Below, piece after piece: positions 44,265-52,358 of a DNA stretch of 59,714 nt (its first letter is position 1; each line of letters starts with the position of its first letter). The notes under the pieces were generated by a model. That model saw only the letters and a program-made list of their open reading frames with translations. It searched no databases and was not told the origin of the DNA. A program made the translations under genes and the position numbers. Source of the stretch: Beijerinckiaceae bacterium (GTDB lineage Bacteria > Pseudomonadota > Alphaproteobacteria > Rhizobiales > Beijerinckiaceae); the NCBI GenBank assembly GCA_036758905.1, contig DAIOVR010000002.1, positions 1-59,714 on the forward strand. Reading direction: 5' to 3'.

Positions 44265-46126
44265 TGACTGCCCCCGTTCCCAATGCCGTGCAGCATGGCT
44301 TGAACCGCGTTTTGCCCCCCGCCCACGTCAATATCCGATAGTGTTTTGGCCCCTTGAACCGCCGCCAGGCTGGCTTGCCCTTGTTGCTGCGCTTGCATCT
44401 GCGCCGCGCGTTGCTGACGCAATGCCGCAACCTTCTCAGGCGAATTAAGGATATGTTTGGGAATAAATAAATCATCCGCGTATTCGCGCATCCAGGCATC
44501 CCGATCCCAAATATCAGCGATGGACGGATCACCCGCTTGCATGTTCCCAGCCGTACCAGCAAACCGCTCAAGCGCGGACGTGGACGAGGCTTTTTGCGCC
44601 AAGGCCAACATGCCCACAAACTCAATTCCGATATTCACGCCCTGTAACGATTTGGGCAGCGGCGGCAGCAAACCCTTGCGTTGCATAATCGCAAACACCC
44701 GCTTAACCGCAGGTGCTAGGGCTTCATTCTGTAACCGCTCAATCACCGGACCCAGCACTTGCAGCTTTTCTTGTTGCCGTTGTGCAACTTCATAAGCGGT
44801 CATGTTCTTGTTCGATGCCGTTTCCAGCATCATGAACAGGTCATTAAAGAACCCCTCTTTGATCCGCTGTTGAATTGCGGCCAAGTCTTGCATCATGTGA
44901 TCAATGTTGGGCTGAACCGTATAAATCGGTCGCATGCCCTTGCCATTGTCCAATTGATTCACATAAGTCACTTTGCCGGGCAGGATCGAGGAAGGCTCAT
45001 TCTTCAAATCCATCGAAGCAAGCATTGGCGGACGCACCATTTTTTCAATGGCTTCCGCTTTGCGCATTGTCTCGACTTGCAACTGCATAATGTCCGGGAG
45101 CACGTCCATGCCCACCGAACGCCCATAAGCATCATTGGACGTTGTGGCCCAGCGTGGAGCGTAATGCGGTTGGTCTAAGAAGCCCCGCATGGATAGGGGA
45201 TAAGCCCCACCGGCACCCCAGACCCAATAGACCTCGCGCCAGACAAAATCCCCATCCACGACGCCGACATTGCCGGAGCCATTAGGCGTCTTAATGGGAA
45301 AATTTGGCTCAATCGCATGCGCCACGGTCCGTTCGACTTCAAGCGAACCGCCCTTTTCCATCCACAGCTTTTGAATGTCAGACGGGCAATTCTCAATCCC
45401 AAACATTTCCACAATCGCGGAAACGGTCATAACAAATTGGCGATAAAGAGATTCAACCCGATTGGCCGATGACGAAGCCAAGAAATACTCACCGCAGCAT
45501 GGCGTATAAGCACGGATCACATCTTCATCATCCTCGTAAAGAATGACCGGACCCGTCCCAAAGGTCACCAAATCTTCAAACATTTGGGCGCCAGCGTCAT
45601 AGAAGTTCGACCGGCCCATGACCTCGTAAACGCGGTTCTCGCATTCTTCAAACCAATCAACTGCGTCATCATCCATATCTGAACGATCAAGCAGCCCAGG
45701 CTTTAATTTGAACCACGGGCGAGATGGAGACATTAAACCGCTCATCATACCAGCCGCACACTTACGCATGGCCAGCGTGCCCGTAGGATCGACAATCGCG
45801 TCATTAATAGGCGAGCCGCGCACCATGCTATTGGGTGTCGGCATTGCATTGTTAATAAAAATGCCCCGGCGCGGCAGGATATAGGTTTCAAGGATCGACC
45901 AATGCGACGCCCAGCTTTGCCGCCAGGATCGAAGCATGGCCAGCCGTGTCTCTAAATGCCCGCGCAGGATCAGCCAGTCATTGCCTTGCGTTACTTCGCG
46001 CACCGAAGCTTTGGCCGGTGTCATGGCTAATGCTTTTGGCCCGGCGCTTTCATACGCGACCTCGCGCGCCTTACGGCCCGGCTTGGAGCGTGTATCCGGA
46101 CGGTCTGTAACCGCAGCGTCACTCAT
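44261..46126 (-). CDS. Portal (head-tail connector, T7 gp8-like family)
   Basis: 621 aa, downstream of the terminase. WSILETYILPRRG...IVDPTGTLAMRKCAAGMMSGLMSPSRPWFKL. Confidence 0.8.
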   Translation of the reverse strand: MSDAAVTDRPDTRSKPGRKAREVAYESAGPKALAMTPAKASVREVTQGNDWLILRGHLETRLAMLRSWRQSWASHWSILETYILPRRGIFINNAMPTPNSMVRGSPINDAIVDPTGTLAMRKCAAGMMSGLMSPSRPWFKLKPGLLDRSDMDDDAVDWFEECENRVYEVMGRSNFYDAGAQMFEDLVTFGTGPVILYEDDEDVIRAYTPCCGEYFLASSSANRVESLYRQFVMTVSAIVEMFGIENCPSDIQKLWMEKGGSLEVERTVAHAIEPNFPIKTPNGSGNVGVVDGDFVWREVYWVWGAGGAYPLSMRGFLDQPHYAPRWATTSNDAYGRSVGMDVLPDIMQLQVETMRKAEAIEKMVRPPMLASMDLKNEPSSILPGKVTYVNQLDNGKGMRPIYTVQPNIDHMMQDLAAIQQRIKEGFFNDLFMMLETASNKNMTAYEVAQRQQEKLQVLGPVIERLQNEALAPAVKRVFAIMQRKGLLPPLPKSLQGVNIGIEFVGMLALAQKASSTSALERFAGTAGNMQAGDPSIADIWDRDAWMREYADDLFIPKHILNSPEKVAALRQQRAAQMQAQQQGQASLAAVQGAKTLSDIDVGGGQNAVQAMLHGIGNGGSQ

Positions 46127-46359
46127 CCGAGCAGCGATGCCTTGGCCGTTGTCGCCGGTGTCGTTAAGCCACCAGCCCCGCCATCATTCTTGACAGTCCC
46201 GCTAAATCCCGCACCCGCCGCAGCAGCAGCTTTGCCCTTTTGTGAATTGCCAGCCTGATCGACATTTGCATTGGCCATAATTGGCGGCGCCGCAGCCGGT
46301 GGCACAGCAGGAATAACAGGAGCTTGAGGTGTCGGAGGTGACGAAAATAACGCGCCCAA
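46123..46359 (-). CDS. Small Ala/Pro/Gly-rich protein
   Basis: TTG start with a GAGGA SD. ATGA overlap with the portal start. Confidence 0.4.
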   Translation of the reverse strand: MGALFSSPPTPQAPVIPAVPPAAAPPIMANANVDQAGNSQKGKAAAAAGAGFSGTVKNDGGAGGLTTPATTAKASLLG

Positions 46360-46395
46360 AGGTCAATCCTCACGGTTAAGTGAGGCAAAATCTAA

Positions 46396-46405
46396 ACCCG
46401 ACGCA
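46396..46405 (-). promoter_or_regulatory. Conserved box TGCGTCGGGT, copy 4 (upstream of portal operon)
   Basis: Plus strand reads ACCCGACGCA. GGGTGC-type repeats and the palindrome GGGTGCGAATTGCACCC (46424-46440) lie just upstream on the coding strand. Confidence 0.5.
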
Positions 46406-46483
46406 TGGTCATTTGTGTTCTATGGGTGCGAATTGCACCCTATATGCCCCACGATTGGGGGCGGCAAAGCGGATATTTGGGTG

Positions 46484-47245
46484 CTATCGCTTGCCCCATG
46501 CAGAGGCGAGAGGATTGTAATCAACTTCATGTTTGTTTGGTCGCAACCCAGCGCGCACGCGGTAATCGTCAACCGGACGAAATGCGGCAATGTCAATCCC
46601 GCTCATAATCCCATACCGCATGCAGTCCATTAAATGGTCATTTTCTTTGACCACTTGCCCCTTATCGTCCCGGCGATAAATGCGATACTCGCTTAACGTA
46701 TTTTGCAGCGTTTTAAATATTTTAAGCCGCCCCGTCGATAATCGCATCCAGGTCCGATATATGCCCGCTTCCCTCGCATTATTGGCCGTAATCAGCGTTA
46801 ATCCTAATTGTTGATATTCCCATAACAATTGCTCGCCATCCTTTTGTGCTCGACCGCGTGACGCCGGATCAATAACCCCCGGTATCCACTCTCCGCGCGC
46901 CTTAATGGCTTGAGCGTGAGTCGATGGTTCAGCCTGCCCGCGATAATGTTCAGAATAAGCGTAAACCACGTCCGATTCGGTATCATGCGCAAACCACAAT
47001 CCCGCCGTTCTATTCCATCCCACGTCCATGGCGTAAAAATGTTTCCAATGAGCGGGTATTTCGAACGGATCACAGGTCACGTCATCTTCCGGCACCGGAT
47101 AAATGGCGCCCGATCCAAGGGCCGGAATGCCTTTGGTGCGCGCGTCCCGTTCATGCGGAGCATAAGACTTAATCATTTCCGCTTGCGCTTCCGCTGATAT
47201 GTGCGGAACGTCTGCCCAGGAAACGAATGTAATGTATTTCGCCAT
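46484..47245 (-). CDS. terL: Terminase large subunit, C-terminal nuclease half (separate ORF)
   Basis: YAMDVGWNRTAG...IDPASRG...NDHLMDCMRYG (RNase H-like nuclease motifs). ATG 47245 lies 5 nt after the HNH stop; an alternative ATG is at 47278. Confidence 0.8.
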   Translation of the reverse strand: MAKYITFVSWADVPHISAEAQAEMIKSYAPHERDARTKGIPALGSGAIYPVPEDDVTCDPFEIPAHWKHFYAMDVGWNRTAGLWFAHDTESDVVYAYSEHYRGQAEPSTHAQAIKARGEWIPGVIDPASRGRAQKDGEQLLWEYQQLGLTLITANNAREAGIYRTWMRLSTGRLKIFKTLQNTLSEYRIYRRDDKGQVVKENDHLMDCMRYGIMSGIDIAAFRPVDDYRVRAGLRPNKHEVDYNPLASAWGKR

Positions 47246-47250
47246 TTCCG

Positions 47251-47775
47251 TTAGCCGTTTTGCAAAGCAACGGCCCAACGCTTGCCGCGAACAATGCGCC
47301 CAATTTGCGTTTGTTTTACCCCAAACATTTCACCTAATTGTCGTTGATAAAATTTGCCGCTTTTCCAAAGGCTTAATATCTTACGCACATCATCGACAGA
47401 CAAGACGGCGTTATGATGCCGCTCACCCATCAAACTTGTCCCATGCTTTCGCTTGTCCAAATGATTTGACGACCGAGTATCCCATCTTAGATTTGAATAA
47501 TGGTTATTCGATGGATCGCCGTCGATATGGCAAATTTCCGCCCCGTCAAACGGCTTTAACCCTATAAAAGCATACGCAACCAATTGATGAGCTTTTTTGT
47601 GGATCGACTTACCATCCTTACGCAAAATCACCATTGGATAGCCGTCAGATCGAATCCACATCTTCAATATTTTGCCAATGCGCGCGCCGGGAGCAGCCGT
47701 AACGCGACGAACAGCGCCCCATTCACTAACTTCATAATCCTCAAAACCAGGCACAATCCGCCATTCAGCAATCAT
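47251..47775 (-). CDS. HNH homing endonuclease (NUMOD4 + HNH_3 + C-terminal HTH)
   Basis: EWRIVPGFEDYEVSEWG..., HQLVAYAFIG...CHIDGDPSNNHYSNLRW, QRQLGEMFGVKQTQIGRIVRG. Confidence 0.85.
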   Translation of the reverse strand: MIAEWRIVPGFEDYEVSEWGAVRRVTAAPGARIGKILKMWIRSDGYPMVILRKDGKSIHKKAHQLVAYAFIGLKPFDGAEICHIDGDPSNNHYSNLRWDTRSSNHLDKRKHGTSLMGERHHNAVLSVDDVRKILSLWKSGKFYQRQLGEMFGVKQTQIGRIVRGKRWAVALQNG

Positions 47776-48545
47776 GACTTAACCTCCCCTTCCAAACGCG
47801 CACCACCCGGCATGAATGAAAGAACCACAGCCGAAAGGCCGCGCAGCGGCGTGAACCCGCATATCACCAACCCGGACGGTTGACCGGGCACGGTCGAAAG
47901 CGTTCGAGTTAAGCCTTCCGAGTAAATGTCCAATGGCGGTTCTTCATCAAATTGCATAATGTCGATTTTGGCCGCTTGGAACGATTCACGCCCCTGATCA
48001 TAGGATTTAAACAGCATCCGCGACACGCCGCCCGATAAATGCTTGACCGTCACGCTATCCACAGCATCCGGCACGCCCGGCCTTGGTGTCGCCTTGATGA
48101 TATTGTCAGCCGGTATTAAACCCGTGCCATGGTCCCCGGTTGGCCCCAAATACGTCACTTGCAAGGATTCGCGGACGGCCTTGGTATCTTCGCCCGCCGC
48201 CCACATGGTCACAGGGCGATCAAACTTGCGCCCAACCCACCAATGGGGATACCAACCAGTTAAATGAAGGGCGCACTCATACGAACACCCAAACGTCTTT
48301 CCCGATCGGTTGCCGCCGACCAAAGCCCGCTCTTGATACGTGGCCCCAGCCGCAAAATGGGCCAAATGCTTAGGGTATAATTCGCGCCGCAATGGCCCGG
48401 TATCAGGATAAGCCCGGTAAAGCAGCGTCTTGCGGTAAATGTCATGCTCTAATTCGATAATGGCCTTAAGGCGCGCATAATCATCCACCGGCAGCGCTGC
48501 CAATTGTTCTGGCGTCAGCGCCGCAACTTCATCGAACAAAGCCAC
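47772..48545 (-). CDS. terL: Terminase large subunit, N-terminal ATPase half (separate ORF)
   Basis: Walker A GGNRSGKT and Walker B IDIMQFDEEP. The stop overlaps the HNH ATG (ATGA). Confidence 0.85.
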   Translation of the reverse strand: MALFDEVAALTPEQLAALPVDDYARLKAIIELEHDIYRKTLLYRAYPDTGPLRRELYPKHLAHFAAGATYQERALVGGNRSGKTFGCSYECALHLTGWYPHWWVGRKFDRPVTMWAAGEDTKAVRESLQVTYLGPTGDHGTGLIPADNIIKATPRPGVPDAVDSVTVKHLSGGVSRMLFKSYDQGRESFQAAKIDIMQFDEEPPLDIYSEGLTRTLSTVPGQPSGLVICGFTPLRGLSAVVLSFMPGGARLEGEVKS

Positions 48546-48747
48546 ATTCGCCGCCTAACCGATGGTACAATGCTTTTACAGCCAGAAACGCCATAACCGG
48601 GCAATAGCCCGTTTCCCAATTCTGAACCGTGCGCGCGGTCACGTCTAATACCAAAGCCAATTCAGCACGCGATAGGCCCAATAATTCCCGATATTCAGCC
48701 AATCGAGCGGCAAAATTGACCTGTTTGGAAATATTTTCAGTAACCAC
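48529..48747 (-). CDS. XRE-type HTH protein between terS and terL
   Basis: LGLSRAELALVLDVTARTVQNWETG. Confidence 0.55.
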   Translation of the reverse strand: MVTENISKQVNFAARLAEYRELLGLSRAELALVLDVTARTVQNWETGYCPVMAFLAVKALYHRLGGECGFVR

Positions 48748-48782
48748 CGCGCAAACTCCTCATTTTTAAGAAATAATTTCCA

Positions 48783-49229
48783 TCAATGAACTTTTGACGG
48801 GGCAATCTCGCGCGCTTTCTTCATAATCATCATAGCATCGGCAACGCGCTCGTTTGGCGCCATTTCCTTAACGGTATGCTCAATCGACCCTTTGTGCTCA
48901 TGCTCGTGCTTTTGAACGAACAATTTGAGATACTCGCCCAGCTTTGCCCAAGCGGTCACACGCGCCCCGTGTGACGAACCTTCACCTGTACGCCGAGCCT
49001 CGGTCAAAAGCCCGTCCAGCACCAAATCTGCCGTGATTTCAGCCGTTTTTATTTGCTTTGACACCAATTGAGCCACAGCCGCCTTCACCTGAGCATTCCC
49101 TAGCAAGCGCGGACCATTAACCTCTGCGCTTTTAGCCGAGTACCCAGCCCGGATAGCCGCTTGTGTCGCGTTTAAATCCTTAACGTATTCAAGAACAAAG
49201 CGTTGTTGCTTGGGGTTCAGGTCGCTCAT
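48783..49229 (-). CDS. terS: Terminase small subunit (Terminase_2/P27 family)
   Basis: LNPKQQRFVLEYVKDLNATQAAIRAGYSAKSAEVNGPRLL. Confidence 0.85.
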   Translation of the reverse strand: MSDLNPKQQRFVLEYVKDLNATQAAIRAGYSAKSAEVNGPRLLGNAQVKAAVAQLVSKQIKTAEITADLVLDGLLTEARRTGEGSSHGARVTAWAKLGEYLKLFVQKHEHEHKGSIEHTVKEMAPNERVADAMMIMKKAREIAPSKVH

Positions 49230-49353
49230 GCGTTTATCTTGCCAAACAATGACTTAGCCAAACACTCGACAAAGATTGCAATGCTGATCCTATTAAAAAA
49301 ATCCAACATGACAGGCGGCATGAAAACTTGGCCTTGGTGTTCAAAAGCGCGAT

Positions 49354-49587
49354 TCATGGCGTTTGGCCTTTCAACAATGATTTGGCCAGTCTCTCCACCA
49401 TTTCCGCCGCAGCCACGCCGTGGAAATACGCTTTGTTCCGACTATAGCCCGGCATAAACCGCGAATTGTAACGCCGGGATTCGTATTCAAATTGAGCGCG
49501 CAGGGCTTTTGAATACATTTCAACAATGTGCGGAGGCAATAAAACGCCCGATTGGTCGGTTATGTCGCCAATTGCAATCATCGCCAC
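49354..49587 (-). CDS. Hypothetical small protein
   Basis: ORF track entry, co-oriented. Confidence 0.4.
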   Translation of the reverse strand: MAMIAIGDITDQSGVLLPPHIVEMYSKALRAQFEYESRRYNSRFMPGYSRNKAYFHGVAAAEMVERLAKSLLKGQTP

Positions 49588-49814
49588 ATTCCAAAAAACT
49601 CGCGGGATACAAACGCATCCATACCGTTTGGCCCCAGAATGTCGCTGCCCGTAACGGGTTCAACAGGCTTTGACGCCAATCCCGCCATTTCCAATATCGC
49701 ATCCACAAATTCTTCCGCCAGTATATCAGACGGAGCAGCGGGTAATTCAACCACTCGTCCGTTATACGAGATGGTCACCGGCCCAATTTGCGGCATGTAT
49801 TCCGGTTTGCTCAT
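49578..49814 (-). CDS. Hypothetical small protein
   Basis: ORF track entry. ATGA overlap with the upstream gene. Confidence 0.45.
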   Translation of the reverse strand: MSKPEYMPQIGPVTISYNGRVVELPAAPSDILAEEFVDAILEMAGLASKPVEPVTGSDILGPNGMDAFVSREFFGMWR

Positions 49815-50128
49815 TGGCCATCCATCAAATTAATGGCGGAAATAATCGTGCCAGTTAAAAAGCACAACCATCCAACGGCATAGAACATCAACGCTATCAT
49901 GGTCCGCCTCGCGCTTTTAATTTCCATCAATGACCGCAATTTCCAAGCCCAAACGCTCTCTTGAAAATTGATTTCAAAAAACAATCCAAGCATGCCCCCA
50001 AAAACAAATGGCACCCAAATCCGCCAGCCAGGCACATAACCGTTGACCACAGCCAGTATCGCGGGCGCAAAAAGCAAAAATTGCGCAAATCCAAATACTT
50101 TTAAAGCCGTTTGCCGTTTCATGGTCAT
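49811..50128 (-). CDS. Membrane protein (3 TM)
   Basis: Hydrophobic segments FAQFLLFAPAILAV, VPFVFGGMLGLFF and LMFYAVGWLCFLTGTII. Confidence 0.5.
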   Translation of the reverse strand: MTMKRQTALKVFGFAQFLLFAPAILAVVNGYVPGWRIWVPFVFGGMLGLFFEINFQESVWAWKLRSLMEIKSARRTMIALMFYAVGWLCFLTGTIISAINLMDGQ

Positions 50129-50136
50129 GTATTTTC

Positions 50137-50146
50137 ACCCGACGCA
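50137..50146 (-). promoter_or_regulatory. Conserved box TGCGTCGGGT, copy 5
   Basis: Plus strand reads ACCCGACGCA. Sits 9 nt upstream of ATG 50128, in the 43-nt gap after the GcrA-like gene. Confidence 0.5.
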
Positions 50147-50171
50147 GCCAGCACCGACAAGCAAAAAACCA

Positions 50172-50732
50172 TTACCCAAACCTCCGCCCGACAAATTCCG
50201 CATGCCGCTTAAATGACCGCTCCCGCTTCTTATCCAAAGGAAAATAAGCAATGGCAGCGTGATCCGCGCAATATGGCTTATTCGATAACTTTGCGTCTTG
50301 GCAGTAACGCCAAACATTATCTTGCGGCCCCGGATTGCCATAGACCCAGCAGCACCCGCACGGTTCTTTAACACCCTCACCGGCCACAACATCACCCCAC
50401 GCCGGATCAATCGGCAGTGATTTAGATACCAAGCGCGGCTTCATTGGTTCAGTGACCAGCCTGGGCATCCGCAGCCCTTTAAACCCCATCACGCGCTTTG
50501 CATGTGCCTTGGCCTTTGGCTTTTGTTCGACCGGCTCCTGATCCGCCCCCTTGGCATTTGACAGCTTAAGCCCCAACCGCCGCAATTGCCCCATAACTGC
50601 ATTGCGCGTGATATGCCATCCAGCCGCCTCCGAAGCAATTAAAGCAATCTGGCTGGACGATGCCCCAGGAGTTTTTTCCCAAGCCTCTCGAATGTATTTG
50701 CGCGAGTCCGAAATCTGAATGGCGTTTCTCAT
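50172..50732 (-). CDS. gcrA: GcrA-like cell-cycle regulator
   Basis: N-terminal SSSQIALIA...ITRNAVMGQLRRLGLK. C-terminal CCWVYGNPG...YCQD...KPYCADHAAIAY (GcrA family pattern). Confidence 0.75.
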   Translation of the reverse strand: MRNAIQISDSRKYIREAWEKTPGASSSQIALIASEAAGWHITRNAVMGQLRRLGLKLSNAKGADQEPVEQKPKAKAHAKRVMGFKGLRMPRLVTEPMKPRLVSKSLPIDPAWGDVVAGEGVKEPCGCCWVYGNPGPQDNVWRYCQDAKLSNKPYCADHAAIAYFPLDKKRERSFKRHAEFVGRRFG

Positions 50733-50902
50733 TTTGTTTCCCCAAAAAATCCCGGTCGCGCCGGTTTTTCACCGCGATAATCCCGCAGAATGTCCAACCA
50801 ATCCAAAACCGTAATCCATGCCGACGCGCCGATGATAAGCACCCCCATCAGCCAAAGCGGGCTTGTGACAAACACCCACCACCAAAATGATAGGGTTTCC
50901 AT
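50729..50902 (-). CDS. 57-aa membrane protein
   Basis: METLSFWWWVFVTSPLWLMGVLIIGASAWITVL. TGATG and ATGA overlaps with its neighbours. Confidence 0.4.
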   Translation of the reverse strand: METLSFWWWVFVTSPLWLMGVLIIGASAWITVLDWLDILRDYRGEKPARPGFFGETK

Positions 50903-51456
50903 CACGCCTCCGCCCTAAACATGGTCGCAACCTTGGCCCTGATGCGCTCGACCGATACCATGCGCTCGTCCCTACTCATTTCAACCGGCGCTGGATCACG
51001 CGGTGCCAAAAGCTTTTGAACCGCGCGCAATTCCGCTTGCTTGTCCTTCATTAGCTTCTCGCACCGGCTCCAAATGACCCCAACAACCGGAATAAACGTA
51101 TCCGCCGACCGTATTTGCTCCCCGATCACTTGACGCAAAATCCGCTCAGGAACAGGCGCCAAAATCTTGACGTACAATTCCCCGTCAAAATTGGTCAGTG
51201 CCTTTGATCGAACCAGCCAAGTCATCATTTCGCCCGCAAAAGCCTTTCCGCAAGGTTGCAACGCATCAAACAAATCCCGGCTGTACCGGCTCAAGATCAA
51301 GTGTTGGTCCGCTGAAATGCCCACCGCTTGCCCCCGGCGCTCCACCATCCCCACCAACGGCGCTAGCGATGCTGGCAAGCGCGGCATCAAGGCTGGATTG
51401 CCGTTTTCCCTTTGATCCGCGCGCTCTAAAGCACCCTTCGATGAATGAGATTGCAT
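50902..51456 (-). CDS. Hypothetical protein (start uncertain)
   Basis: ORF track entry. The 5' end overlaps the DUF1376 gene by up to 190 nt. Internal ATGs lie at 51387 and 51348. Confidence 0.4.
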   Translation of the reverse strand: MQSHSSKGALERADQRENGNPALMPRLPASLAPLVGMVERRGQAVGISADQHLILSRYSRDLFDALQPCGKAFAGEMMTWLVRSKALTNFDGELYVKILAPVPERILRQVIGEQIRSADTFIPVVGVIWSRCEKLMKDKQAELRAVQKLLAPRDPAPVEMSRDERMVSVERIRAKVATMFRAEA

Positions 51457-52096
51457 CTATCGCCCCTTCCCGTTTTGCCGAACCCAAAACCTCAATCAAA
51501 GCCGCATCCCCATGAATGCCTCGCCATCGGCCAAGCACTGACCGGGCTTGAGGCTCTTTGACGCCCTTGGAAATTAAAAATTTTAGACCATCAGTAAAAA
51601 CCAAAGTGGCCAAATCGGGCGGCTTGCCGCCAGTTACGCTAGTAACTGAATCCTCTATATTGGATATAGGATTAGGATAGCTTTCGTGGGGGTTAGCCAC
51701 TTGGTTATCTTTGGGTTTGCTTTGGGTTTCATCTAGCAAACCCACTGGGTTATTTTTGGGTTTAGCTTTAGGCCTGCCACCGCCCGCCCCATTGGTTCGC
51801 GCCCGCTCTTGCCGTAGGATAGCAGCGGCCCATTCTTTCTCTAATCTCTTTTGACGCCACTTGCCGTCAGTCAAATCAAAAAACCTGACCAACACAGGAC
51901 GTAGCTTTGTAAATCGCGCCAATGGCATCCGGCATATCCGCGCCATGGTTTCCGCGTCATCATCTAACGGCTCGCCATTGTTGCGCCATGTCGCATAAAG
52001 AATAAAATGATACGCTCCAAACAACTCAGCATCGCAATGCAGAGTATCGCCCAAAAGCGCATCCACAAACATTGGCATAACCGGCGCCTGGCTCAT
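51266..52096 (-). CDS. DUF1376 (YdaU-like) replication-associated protein
   Basis: FVDALLGDTLHCDAELFGAYHFILYATWRNNG...MARICRM...KRLEKEW. Confidence 0.65.
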   Translation of the reverse strand: MSQAPVMPMFVDALLGDTLHCDAELFGAYHFILYATWRNNGEPLDDDAETMARICRMPLARFTKLRPVLVRFFDLTDGKWRQKRLEKEWAAAILRQERARTNGAGGGRPKAKPKNNPVGLLDETQSKPKDNQVANPHESYPNPISNIEDSVTSVTGGKPPDLATLVFTDGLKFLISKGVKEPQARSVLGRWRGIHGDAALIEVLGSAKREGAIDAISFIEGCFRARGSKGKRQSSLDAALASIASAVGGDGGAPGASGGHFSGPTLDLEPVQPGFV

Positions 52097-52097
52097 A

Positions 52098-52358
52098 TCA
52101 ACCCGCCTTCCGGTTACGCTTGCGCGTGCCGCGCAGGTGCATAATTGACGTGTGATCCCGATTTAATAATCGCCCCATTTGTGCGCACGACAACCCCAGC
52201 GGGGCCATCGCCATTACAGCAGCCCGACGAGCCGCAACCAATTCACGAAACCGAGCCTCGCCTTTAATTTCATCAATGGTAAACCCATGGGATTTAGCCA
52301 CTTCTGCAATGACATACCGGCCACGCTCAAAACTGTTAATGTGCTCAGGAATAATCAT
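52098..52358 (-). CDS. DnaA domain IV-like HTH protein
   Basis: RELVAARRAAVMAMAPLGLSCAQMGRLLNRDHTSIMH resembles Bac_DnaA_C. Confidence 0.55.
   Translation of the reverse strand: MIIPEHINSFERGRYVIAEVAKSHGFTIDEIKGEARFRELVAARRAAVMAMAPLGLSCAQMGRLLNRDHTSIMHLRGTRKRNRKAG

Noticed and set aside
47251-47775. The TerL interruption as an intein or a self-splicing group I intron
   Set aside because: The three ORFs (TerL-N, HNH, TerL-C) are in three different frames, so it is not an in-frame intein. The HNH ORF fills the whole ~530-nt interval with overlapping start and stop signals, leaving no room for a ribozyme core. Splicing is still worth testing experimentally.
20868-50146. The conserved box as a T7-type single-subunit RNA polymerase promoter
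   Set aside because: No phage RNA polymerase gene is present in this apparently complete genome, and the conserved core is only ~13 nt. It was kept as a finding with other explanations.
38600-50150. GANTC (CcrM/GcrA-type) methylation sites within or next to the conserved late boxes
   Set aside because: I found no GANTC in the box itself or in the immediately flanking intergenic sequences I inspected. A direct canonical GcrA/CcrM link is therefore not supported by the sequence.
50902-51456. The 190-nt overlap between the DUF1376 gene and the downstream ORF as a second dual-coding region
   Set aside because: The downstream ORF has internal ATGs (51387, 51348). The C-terminal 60 residues of the DUF1376 ORF are Gly/Ala/Ser-rich with no recognisable motif. 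The overlap is most likely shorter than the track suggests, and the evidence is insufficient either way.
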